Assembly (NCBI GenBank): GCA_049303675.1
Contig: JBAQNJ010000001.1
Coordinates: forward strand, 408,711-472,710
Direction: 5' to 3'
DNA from: Microgenomates group bacterium
GTDB taxonomy: Bacteria; Patescibacteriota; Microgenomatia; UBA12405
Length of the DNA: 64,000 nucleotides
Shown here: piece after piece, positions 45,832 to 53,921 of the stretch
Layout: each line of letters opens with the position of its first letter
Position numbering within the stretch: position 1 is the first letter of the stretch
Program-made: the position numbers and the translations under genes
The notes under the pieces: model-generated
Database searches by the model: none
Told to the model about the DNA's origin: nothing
The model's input: the letters and a program-made list of their open reading frames with translations, nothing else

Positions 45832-47120
45832 AAAAGGAATTTAAATTCCCTACTATTATTGGTGTTGGGTTTTTGCTCATCTCTGTTTTTGTAGGCGTCA
45901 AGTATTCCACTAGAACAACTACTACCAGTTCAAACGCCTCAGGTAGTTGTCAGCCTGACAATGTCCAGATAACCAATCTCACCCACAATAGCGCTAGCTT
46001 ATCATTTTTAACTTCATCCAAATGTCAGTCCACCGTCTCTCTTGACAATCAAATTATCAAGGATCTCAAGGCAGAGACATTAAATATACCCGAATTATCT
46101 TCTCGGATTCATTATTTTTTTATCAATAATCTCAAGGAAAAGACCACCTACAACTATTCCATTATTTCTGGAGGCAGTACTTACCAAGAAAAATCCTACA
46201 GTTTTATCACTGGCTCTACGCCGATTAGTGGTACTCCCAACTCAAATTTGGCCTGGGGTAAGGTATTCTCACCCGACGGCAAAACCCCGGGTAACGCTCT
46301 TGTTTTTCTAAATATATCTGGGGCCTATCCCCTATCTTCGATGGTCACTACCAATGGCAACTGGTCGATTTCTCTGGCCAGTAGTTTTAATGATACTCAG
46401 ACAAATTGGTTCACCCTCTCGGATACTGTCTCCTCCGAAGATATTATTGTCTATTCCGAAGATGGAGTTTTTACTCAAGTTACCAATTCTACATCACGCA
46501 ATAATCCTGTCCCCGATATCATTATTGGTACCAATTCTCTGGATACTACAAATTATGACACTGCTAAAAATAGTAGTACCGGTCAAGTCGACTCTATCTC
46601 TCCAGTTGTCGATCAAAAAAAAGTCGATATTGCCAATCCTCGCGAGGGTGATATGCTCAATGTCTTGCGACCTGATTTTTTCGGCAGTGCCCCCAACAGT
46701 ACCCAAGTCATTATTGAAGTCCACTCTGACACAGTCATCAATGGCCAAACAACCTCTGACACCAGTGGTAATTGGCATTGGTCACCCCCCCAGAATCTTG
46801 AGCCAGGTCAGCATACTATCACTGTCAAATCACTCAATAAAAACACTGGTATCTGGGAAACAATCACCCGCTCATTTACAGTTCTAGCCTCCGACAACCT
46901 TTCCAGCCCCAACTTCGAGGCATCTGGATCTGCTTCTACACCCTCACCCGCAGCCACATTAGTTTCCACCCTAGCCCCCACGAAGACTCCGGTTCCTACA
47001 ATTCGGACTGCCCACCCTAGTACTACCATCCAGCCGCCAGTTACTGCCAATTATCTGCCTACCATCGTCATATTTATTTTCTCTTTTCTTTTTATATTAA
47101 TCTCGTTTAAACTATTGTAG
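45828..47120 (+). CDS. secreted Ser/Thr-rich surface protein with FN3-like repeats and C-terminal TM anchor
   Basis: N-terminal TM/signal; FN3-like VQITNLTHNSASLSF; C-terminal hydrophobic tail LPTIVIFIFSFLFILISFKLL. Confidence 0.45.
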   Translation: MKKEFKFPTIIGVGFLLISVFVGVKYSTRTTTTSSNASGSCQPDNVQITNLTHNSASLSFLTSSKCQSTVSLDNQIIKDLKAETLNIPELSSRIHYFFINNLKEKTTYNYSIISGGSTYQEKSYSFITGSTPISGTPNSNLAWGKVFSPDGKTPGNALVFLNISGAYPLSSMVTTNGNWSISLASSFNDTQTNWFTLSDTVSSEDIIVYSEDGVFTQVTNSTSRNNPVPDIIIGTNSLDTTNYDTAKNSSTGQVDSISPVVDQKKVDIANPREGDMLNVLRPDFFGSAPNSTQVIIEVHSDTVINGQTTSDTSGNWHWSPPQNLEPGQHTITVKSLNKNTGIWETITRSFTVLASDNLSSPNFEASGSASTPSPAATLVSTLAPTKTPVPTIRTAHPSTTIQPPVTANYLPTIVIFIFSFLFILISFKLL

Positions 47121-48061
47121 TGAGTAAAATATTATTTCAATGGCGTTATCAAATTTTAACAGTAGTTTTTTTGCTACTTTCACTCACCGGTACAATGTAT
47201 TTAGTTGGATATAATCAGGATAATCGAGACAAAGCAGTTGGTAATGACAAGTGTCAGGCTGGCCAAAAATTGTGTCAAGAAAATAAACAGGGTCAAAATA
47301 CCGGCTATCTTTGTGAATGTCTCACCGAGCTAGACCCCAACGATTGGCGCTGCACCACCCAAGATCTAAAAACATGCCCCACCGATAGTGGAGGAGTTGA
47401 TCCCAGTTTTTTTGCTTGTGACCCTCAGGGTAGTATGACTATTGCCGGTCGATGTCTAGTCGCCAAATCAGGATCAAAAATAGATATTGCTTTCAAGTAT
47501 AATTGTCCGGACAAATTTGGGATGAGTAATGGTTGTCAACAAAACGAATCAGTTGTTCAAAATGTCACTAGTGTTTGTTTTGAAAATAATTTTTGTGGCA
47601 CTCAACAAATTGATAGCAAAACAGGCAGCTGCTTCATTAGTGTAGAAGACCATAATGGCTGCAATAATACACCCACAAAGCTACCTTCACCTACTCCCAC
47701 CAAAACACCAGTTCCCACTCGCACACTCACTCCAACACGTACCCCCACCCCAACCAAGACTCCTACTCCTACAAAAACACCTACAATTACGCCTTTTAAC
47801 ACCTCTATTCCTACATATCCAGTTACCAGTACACCAACTCAAGTTGCCACCAACACTCCTACAAATACTCCAACCAATACTCCCACTGGCACTGTTGCTC
47901 CCACAAACACGCCAATGTCTACAAATACCCCGACTGTTATTCCCACTGGACCCAGTCCTACTCGGATAATATTACCCAATGCTGGTTTTGATTTTCCCAT
48001 TCAGGCATTGTCAGTGGTTGGTATAATCACCACACTCTTTGGATTATTAATTCTTCTCTAA
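47120..48061 (+). CDS. secreted Cys-rich / Thr-Pro-repeat surface protein with C-terminal LPNAG plus hydrophobic tail
   Basis: Signal/TM, 16 Cys in the first 170 aa, (TPTPTK)n repeats, and C-terminal RIILPNAGFDFPIQALSVVGIITTLFGLLILL. Confidence 0.45.
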   Translation: MSKILFQWRYQILTVVFLLLSLTGTMYLVGYNQDNRDKAVGNDKCQAGQKLCQENKQGQNTGYLCECLTELDPNDWRCTTQDLKTCPTDSGGVDPSFFACDPQGSMTIAGRCLVAKSGSKIDIAFKYNCPDKFGMSNGCQQNESVVQNVTSVCFENNFCGTQQIDSKTGSCFISVEDHNGCNNTPTKLPSPTPTKTPVPTRTLTPTRTPTPTKTPTPTKTPTITPFNTSIPTYPVTSTPTQVATNTPTNTPTNTPTGTVAPTNTPMSTNTPTVIPTGPSPTRIILPNAGFDFPIQALSVVGIITTLFGLLILL

Positions 48062-48062
48062 A

Positions 48063-48986
48063 GTGAAAGGTAATATAAAAATATTTTCATTACTAGAAGC
48101 ACTTCGACCGAGCCAGTGGATCAAAAATTTAAGTTTATTTGCCGCCGTTATTCTCAATGGACAGCTCTTCAACCTCGAGAGTTTAGTTCCCAGTATTTTA
48201 GCTTTTGTTACATTTTGTTTTTTATCATCATCCTCATATTTAGTGAATGATATTTTAGACAAAGATAAGGATATTCAGCACCCCTACAAAAAAAATCGCC
48301 CCATAGCTAGGGGAGATGTCTCTACCACTGTGGCTACATTTGCCAGCTTTTTTCTGCTCTTTACTGGTCTAGGTATTGCCATGATTATTAGCTCAGAATT
48401 TTTTTTCATCTCGCTTCTCTTTATTATTTTGCAGTATTCCTATTCGTTCTTTTTCAAGAAAAAAGCAGTTGTGGATATCGCCGGAATATCCTTGTTTTTT
48501 ATTATACGTGCCTTTGCCGGTGAAATTGCCTCTGGCTACCACTTACCTATCTGGATTATGTTGACAGTCATTTTTCTGTCTTTATTTATTGCCAGTGGAA
48601 AACGCCGCAGTGAACTCATCAATTCTGGAAAGAAGACCCGTGCCGCACTCAGTGGATATGGTCGGTCACTTTTAAATTTTTATACCACGATGTTTGCTGT
48701 TTGTACTCTAATTGGTTATTCTATGTACGCTTTTTTTGAAGACAAACTAAAGTTTCAGGGCATTATTCATGAATTCTTGTTGGATAATTTTCCTGCTGCT
48801 ATCGATCGAAAGTGGTACATGTTGTCCATCATTCCTGTTATCTACGGAATTATGCGCTACGGACAAATAATTTTTGAAATGCAAGAGGGTGAGAGGCCCG
48901 AACGAGCCATTGCCACCGATATACCACTAATAATTTCCGTGCTCTCTTGGGGGTTGATGATAATTACTATTATTTATGTCCTTTAG
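48063..48986 (+). CDS. UbiA-family prenyltransferase, decaprenyl-phosphate phosphoribosyltransferase (DPPR synthase)-like
   Basis: N-terminal LRPSQWIKNLSLFAAV (RPxQWxKN signature of the DPPR synthase subfamily), NDILDKDKD (NDxxDxxxD) and HPYKKNRPIARGDVS. Confidence 0.75.
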   Translation: MKGNIKIFSLLEALRPSQWIKNLSLFAAVILNGQLFNLESLVPSILAFVTFCFLSSSSYLVNDILDKDKDIQHPYKKNRPIARGDVSTTVATFASFFLLFTGLGIAMIISSEFFFISLLFIILQYSYSFFFKKKAVVDIAGISLFFIIRAFAGEIASGYHLPIWIMLTVIFLSLFIASGKRRSELINSGKKTRAALSGYGRSLLNFYTTMFAVCTLIGYSMYAFFEDKLKFQGIIHEFLLDNFPAAIDRKWYMLSIIPVIYGIMRYGQIIFEMQEGERPERAIATDIPLIISVLSWGLMIITIIYVL

Positions 48987-50487
48987 TTCTGGTTTGTTAT
49001 TTTTTATTGCTTTAATTACCCGATTTTTTGGTTTAACTTGGGGTGGTGGTTTCCCTTTCCATCCAGATGAAAACAACATGGTCAATGCCATTGTGCAAAT
49101 GACCCCTATTAATTTGAATCCTCATTTTTTCGCCTATGGCCAATTTCCCCTATATTTAGGATATATTACCCAGCTAATTCTCGGGTTGCCTCACAACGCT
49201 ATCGCTATTACCTATGTACTCCGTTTCTGGTCAGCCATCTTTTCCACCTTGTCCGTTTATCTTTTTTATCTTATAAACCGGCAACTATTTCCCAAAATAA
49301 ATCCTTTTATTGCCACCTTACTTTTTATATTTACTCCGGGACTCATCCAAATAGCACATTTTGGTACCACTGAGAGTTTGTTGGTTCTTATTTTTTTGTC
49401 GACTATATATCTCTCCCTAAAACTCTATGGTCAGCCATTTCAATACAAATATTATTTTTGGCTAGCTTTAATATGTGGCATTGGAGTCTCTTCAAAACTC
49501 AGCTCCATAGTCTTTATTTTTCCAATATTGTTAGTTTCTCTGATAAGTTTTTTTAAACATAATAAAAAGCTTCATGTAGTTTTTTTTACTTTTTACTTTT
49601 TACTATTTACTTTAGTATTTTTTATATTATTTTCTCCATTCAATATTTTGTCCAGAGCTGATTTTCTCTCAGCCCTTAAATATGAGACCGAAGTCGCCAC
49701 CGGCACATTGTCAGTGTTTTATACTACTCAGTTTAAAAACACTTTACCTTATATATATCAAATAACCCATATCTTTCCATATGTTATTGGACTGCCCCTT
49801 AGTCTATTCTCCTTATTTGGTTTATGTATGTCGTTTAGAAAATATCATCAGTCCCTGTTCATAGTCTATGCCTCAGTTATTTTTTATTTTCTCTATTTTG
49901 GCCAGACATATGTCAAATGGACCCGTTTTATGTCACCTATATTTTTTATATTTCCCCTTATCGCCGCCATCTTTATTAATCAAATCCACTCCAAGAATTA
50001 TAGATATTTTGTTCTGATTGCTGCCATTCTCCCTGGGATATTTTTCCTGAAACTATATCTGTATCCCGATATTAGAATCACCGCTTCAAAATGGATAATC
50101 GAAAATCTACCCGACAAAACAACCATTTTGTCCGAAGGTGGCAATGTCGTCAACATTCCGGTTCTGGAAAATAACTTTGAAATAGACAATTACGACTTTT
50201 ATCAATACCATGTTGACACCTTATCCAAATCTATCGCCAAATCTGATTACATTATCATTCCTTCACGTCGAGTTTTTAAGAATTATAACTATACCTATTA
50301 CCAACATTTATTTGATGGCACACTCGGCTTTTCAAAAATCAAAGAGTTTGTCCCCGACAAATATCTGTTTTTTAATCCAGAAAATGCCGAGGAAACATGG
50401 ACAGTCTTCGACCGTCCTACCATCAGAATTTACCAGAAAACCACTCAACTGTCCCTTGAAGAATACTCTAGTTTATTAGAAAATTAA
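48976..50487 (+). CDS. GT-C polytopic membrane glycosyltransferase (GT39/GT83-like)
   Basis: First loop FHPDENNMVN...NPHFFAYGQFPLY; more than 10 TM segments; paralogue of 50506. Confidence 0.6.
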   Translation: MSFSSGLLFFIALITRFFGLTWGGGFPFHPDENNMVNAIVQMTPINLNPHFFAYGQFPLYLGYITQLILGLPHNAIAITYVLRFWSAIFSTLSVYLFYLINRQLFPKINPFIATLLFIFTPGLIQIAHFGTTESLLVLIFLSTIYLSLKLYGQPFQYKYYFWLALICGIGVSSKLSSIVFIFPILLVSLISFFKHNKKLHVVFFTFYFLLFTLVFFILFSPFNILSRADFLSALKYETEVATGTLSVFYTTQFKNTLPYIYQITHIFPYVIGLPLSLFSLFGLCMSFRKYHQSLFIVYASVIFYFLYFGQTYVKWTRFMSPIFFIFPLIAAIFINQIHSKNYRYFVLIAAILPGIFFLKLYLYPDIRITASKWIIENLPDKTTILSEGGNVVNIPVLENNFEIDNYDFYQYHVDTLSKSIAKSDYIIIPSRRVFKNYNYTYYQHLFDGTLGFSKIKEFVPDKYLFFNPENAEETWTVFDRPTIRIYQKTTQLSLEEYSSLLEN

Positions 50488-50545
50488 AAATTTGTTAATT
50501 AAAAATTGAATAAAAATTTAAAATTAAAAATTAAAAATTATTATC
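50487..50545. repeat. AT-rich (aaattaaaaatt)n repeat forming the leader/N-terminus of the GT-C gene
   Basis: Contains a 28-mer identical to korA 28673-28700. Encodes (TTG)NKNLKLKIKNYY. Confidence 0.7.
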
Positions 50546-52260
50546 CAATAGTAATAATTTTTATGTTGGCACTGTCTGTTAGATTATATGGTCTCAATTG
50601 GGATCAGGGCCAACACCTCCATCCCGATGAGAGAATGATTGTCATGGTCACCGAGAAAATATCTATCCCCACCACAAACCTCTTTTCGGTCGATTCTACC
50701 CTCAATCCTCATTTTTTTGCCTATGGCTCACTGCCAATCTATCTCTTGAAGTTCACTTCGTCATTACTCGTACCCATTTTTCCCCAAATTGGTTCTTATG
50801 AGCAAATAAATTTGTTAGGTCGAGTTATCTCGGCAATTTTTGACTCACTTACAGTTCTTCTGATTTTCCATATTTGCCAACGAATGTTCGAGAACACCCG
50901 ACAAAGCTTATTGGCTGCCTTAGTCTATACAGTCTCCATTTTACCCATTCAGTTGTCTCATTTTTATGCCGTAGACACTATTCTCACTTTTTTTATCTTC
51001 TTCACCCTTTTACAGCTTATAGCCTATTTTCAAAATCAAAAAATATTTAATTTACTGCTTGCTAGTATTGGTATTGGATTGTCTCTGGCTACAAAAATTA
51101 GTGCCACTGTCTTAGTTGCCTCACTCGGTACTAGTCTTGTTGCCGGTATCTTACTCACAATTAGAAATCAAATTTTTTCCCACAACCAACCGCTCCATCA
51201 AAAAATATCATCATTTATTGGGCACATATTCAGTCTAAAAAAGCTCAGACATTCACGTCTCTCAATAATAATTAAAGTATTTTGTTTGCTAATATTTACT
51301 TCTACTATAGCTGCGGTTGTTTTTATAGTTTGTGAACCATTTGCCCTCATCGATTACCCCAATTTTATTCGGCAGATAATGGAACAGCAGGCCATGACCA
51401 AAAACGCCTTTGTTTTTCCCTACACTCTCCAGTATGTCAACACCACTCCGTATTTATACCAATTAGAAAATATATTTTTATGGGGATTAGGTCCAATTAT
51501 TGGGACATTATCTTTTATTGGGTTTATCATCGTTAATATCAAACTCGTCAAAGGTCTTATTGTCCCTGGCAATGATCAATCAGAGGGTGCCCAATTAATT
51601 ATCCTCACATTTTTTTTGGCATATTTTTTCGTTGTGGGTGGTTTTGCTATCAAGTTCATGCGGTATTGTTTACCTCTTTATCCAATTTTTATAATTTACG
51701 CTGCCCATTTACTTACTAGTATTAAATCAAAGTTTGTTGTTTTATTTATTTTCTTAGGACATCTATGTTTATTGTTTGCTTTTTTGGCTATTTATCGTTT
51801 GCCCAACACCCGTGTCACCGCCACCAATTGGATAAACAGTCAGGTTCCCCAAGGTTCAACTATTCTCATCGAGCATTGGGACGATGCCCTACCCCTAGGT
51901 TATTTAAACAATCTTAATCAAATCTCTTTGCCGCTTTATGATAGTGACAGTGATCCCCATAAATGGAACTTTATCAACCAAATGTTGGTCCGTGGCGACT
52001 ACATAATTATTGCCAGTAACCGCCTCTCTACCCCACTTCCAAAATTAGTCAACTGTGACCAGTTACCCGAAGACAAGTGTTATCCCCTTACTGCTCGGTA
52101 TTATCGTGATTTATTCGCGGGTAATCTAGGTTACACAAAAGTCGCCGAATTTACCAGCTATCCTACTTTATTTGGATTTTCTGTCAACGATCAATCAGCT
52201 GATGAGTCCTTTACTGTCTATGATCATCCTCAAATAATGATATTTAAAAAGACATTTTAG
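50506..52260 (+). CDS. GT-C polytopic membrane glycosyltransferase (GT39/GT83-like), paralogue
   Basis: LHPDERMIVM...NPHFFAYGSLPIY; 584 aa. TTG start per track; the start is uncertain and the next ATG is at about 50563. Confidence 0.6.
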   Translation: MNKNLKLKIKNYYPIVIIFMLALSVRLYGLNWDQGQHLHPDERMIVMVTEKISIPTTNLFSVDSTLNPHFFAYGSLPIYLLKFTSSLLVPIFPQIGSYEQINLLGRVISAIFDSLTVLLIFHICQRMFENTRQSLLAALVYTVSILPIQLSHFYAVDTILTFFIFFTLLQLIAYFQNQKIFNLLLASIGIGLSLATKISATVLVASLGTSLVAGILLTIRNQIFSHNQPLHQKISSFIGHIFSLKKLRHSRLSIIIKVFCLLIFTSTIAAVVFIVCEPFALIDYPNFIRQIMEQQAMTKNAFVFPYTLQYVNTTPYLYQLENIFLWGLGPIIGTLSFIGFIIVNIKLVKGLIVPGNDQSEGAQLIILTFFLAYFFVVGGFAIKFMRYCLPLYPIFIIYAAHLLTSIKSKFVVLFIFLGHLCLLFAFLAIYRLPNTRVTATNWINSQVPQGSTILIEHWDDALPLGYLNNLNQISLPLYDSDSDPHKWNFINQMLVRGDYIIIASNRLSTPLPKLVNCDQLPEDKCYPLTARYYRDLFAGNLGYTKVAEFTSYPTLFGFSVNDQSADESFTVYDHPQIMIFKKTF

Positions 52261-52279
52261 ATCATTTAAATATGATATA

Positions 52280-52873
52280 TTGGTTAATACAAAAACAAAT
52301 ATGAATTTACTCTTTTGGCAGCCACAAAAAAATTACTATCAAATTATAGCGTCATCAGTTTTTGGAAAATTTTTACTAATATCTTCAAACTATATTACCT
52401 GGATTTTCCTAATTTATCCCTCCTATCTACTGGTCAAATTCGATTCCAATATATTTTGGCAACTACTATTTGCCACAGTTCTAGGAGAAATAATTGAGAA
52501 GGTTGTTAAACTGAAGAAATACTGGAAAAGACCGACCTTCGCCAAAAGTATTGATGTGCCTTACGGATTGATTAAGTCGTGGTATCTCACCGGTTCATTT
52601 CCCTCCGGCCACACCATCAAAGCCACTTTTTTTTTGTTGTTGCTCCTCCACTACCAACTATTTTTTTTGGCCTTTATACTCGTAATTGTCCCCCTCTTAT
52701 ATTTTCGTGTCTTAATTGGTTTTCACTATCCCATAGACATTATTGGAGGAATTGTCATTGGTGCTGTTATTTACTTTCTGGTAACCTATATCCAAATGCC
52801 ACCAGTCATAAATCAATATATCCAAAATATTTTTTCTGTCATTTTTTATTATCCGATTAAGCTAGGAATATAA
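52280..52873 (+). CDS. PAP2-superfamily phosphatase (polyprenyl-phosphate/phospholipid phosphatase)
   Basis: PAP2 motifs KRPTF...PSGH...RVLIGFHYPIDIIGG (KxxxxxxRP, PSGH, SRxxxxxHxxxD). Confidence 0.7.
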   Translation: MVNTKTNMNLLFWQPQKNYYQIIASSVFGKFLLISSNYITWIFLIYPSYLLVKFDSNIFWQLLFATVLGEIIEKVVKLKKYWKRPTFAKSIDVPYGLIKSWYLTGSFPSGHTIKATFFLLLLLHYQLFFLAFILVIVPLLYFRVLIGFHYPIDIIGGIVIGAVIYFLVTYIQMPPVINQYIQNIFSVIFYYPIKLGI

Positions 52874-52874
52874 C

Positions 52875-53921
52875 ATGTCCCTGCCAAAAACTATATTAAT
52901 CACTGGCGGATCGGGATTTCTCGGTATAAATTTGACCCGTTTTTTATTGAAAAAAGGTTACCGAGTAATTGTTTACGACATTGCCAAATTTGACTATCCC
53001 GAGAAAGACAAGGTAACTTGCCTGATCGCCGATGTCAGGGATAGGACTGCTCTAAAAAGGGCTCTTAGAGGTGTCGATGTCGTTGTCTCTGCTGCGGCAG
53101 CACTACCCCTCTATCCCCGCACCGAAATACTATCAACAACTATTGATGGTACTCGAAATGTTTTAGAGATATCTCAGAGTTTGGGAATCAAACGGGTCAT
53201 TTATATTTCGTCTACCGCTGTCTATGGAATCCCCGATCACCATCCTCTGTTAGAGGATGACAAATTATATGGTGTCGGTGCCTATGGAGAAGCCAAGGTG
53301 GAGGCAGAAAATATCTGCAATCAATACCGTCAAAATGGTTTTTCTGTTCCGGTCATTCGACCAAAATCCTTTGTTGGCCCAGAGAGATTGGGAGTATTTT
53401 CCTTATTCTACGATTGGGCCAAGGATGGTAAAAACTTCCCTATGATGGGGGATGGTAAAAATAAGTACCAACTACTCGACGTCGAAGACTTATGTCAAGC
53501 CATCTTTACCTGTATTACCGGTAAAGATAGTCAGGTAAACCACACTTTCAATATTGGAGCCAAGGAGTTCACCACCATGAAAGCAGACTATCAGGCAGTA
53601 CTAGACTTTGCCGGTTTTCACAAAAAAATAATTTGTTTTCCCAAAAAACCAATGATAACTGCCTTAAGAATATTAGAATTTTTTCATCTCTCTCCTCTTT
53701 ACAAATGGGTCTACGAAACTGCCGGTGAAGACTCATTTGTTTCTATCGCTAAGGCCGAAAAACTGTTAGGTTACAAACCAAAGTTTTCCAATAAACAGGC
53801 TCTAATCAGAAACTATAAGTGGTATTTGGCCAACTTAGACAAGTTCACCGGACTTTCTGGTGTCAGTCATCGAGTGCCCTGGAGTCAAGGTATACTAACA
53901 TTAGTCAAAATATGTTTCTAA
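52875..53921 (+). CDS. NAD-dependent epimerase/dehydratase (extended SDR)
   Basis: ILITGGSGFLG (GxxGxxG) and YGEAK (YxxxK); 348 aa. Confidence 0.8.
   Translation: MSLPKTILITGGSGFLGINLTRFLLKKGYRVIVYDIAKFDYPEKDKVTCLIADVRDRTALKRALRGVDVVVSAAAALPLYPRTEILSTTIDGTRNVLEISQSLGIKRVIYISSTAVYGIPDHHPLLEDDKLYGVGAYGEAKVEAENICNQYRQNGFSVPVIRPKSFVGPERLGVFSLFYDWAKDGKNFPMMGDGKNKYQLLDVEDLCQAIFTCITGKDSQVNHTFNIGAKEFTTMKADYQAVLDFAGFHKKIICFPKKPMITALRILEFFHLSPLYKWVYETAGEDSFVSIAKAEKLLGYKPKFSNKQALIRNYKWYLANLDKFTGLSGVSHRVPWSQGILTLVKICF

Noticed and set aside
47602-47969. ORFs of 66 and 104 aa overlapping the TPTPTK repeat region of the 47120 gene
   Set aside because: Same artefact of repetitive ACN/CCN codons. No independent support.
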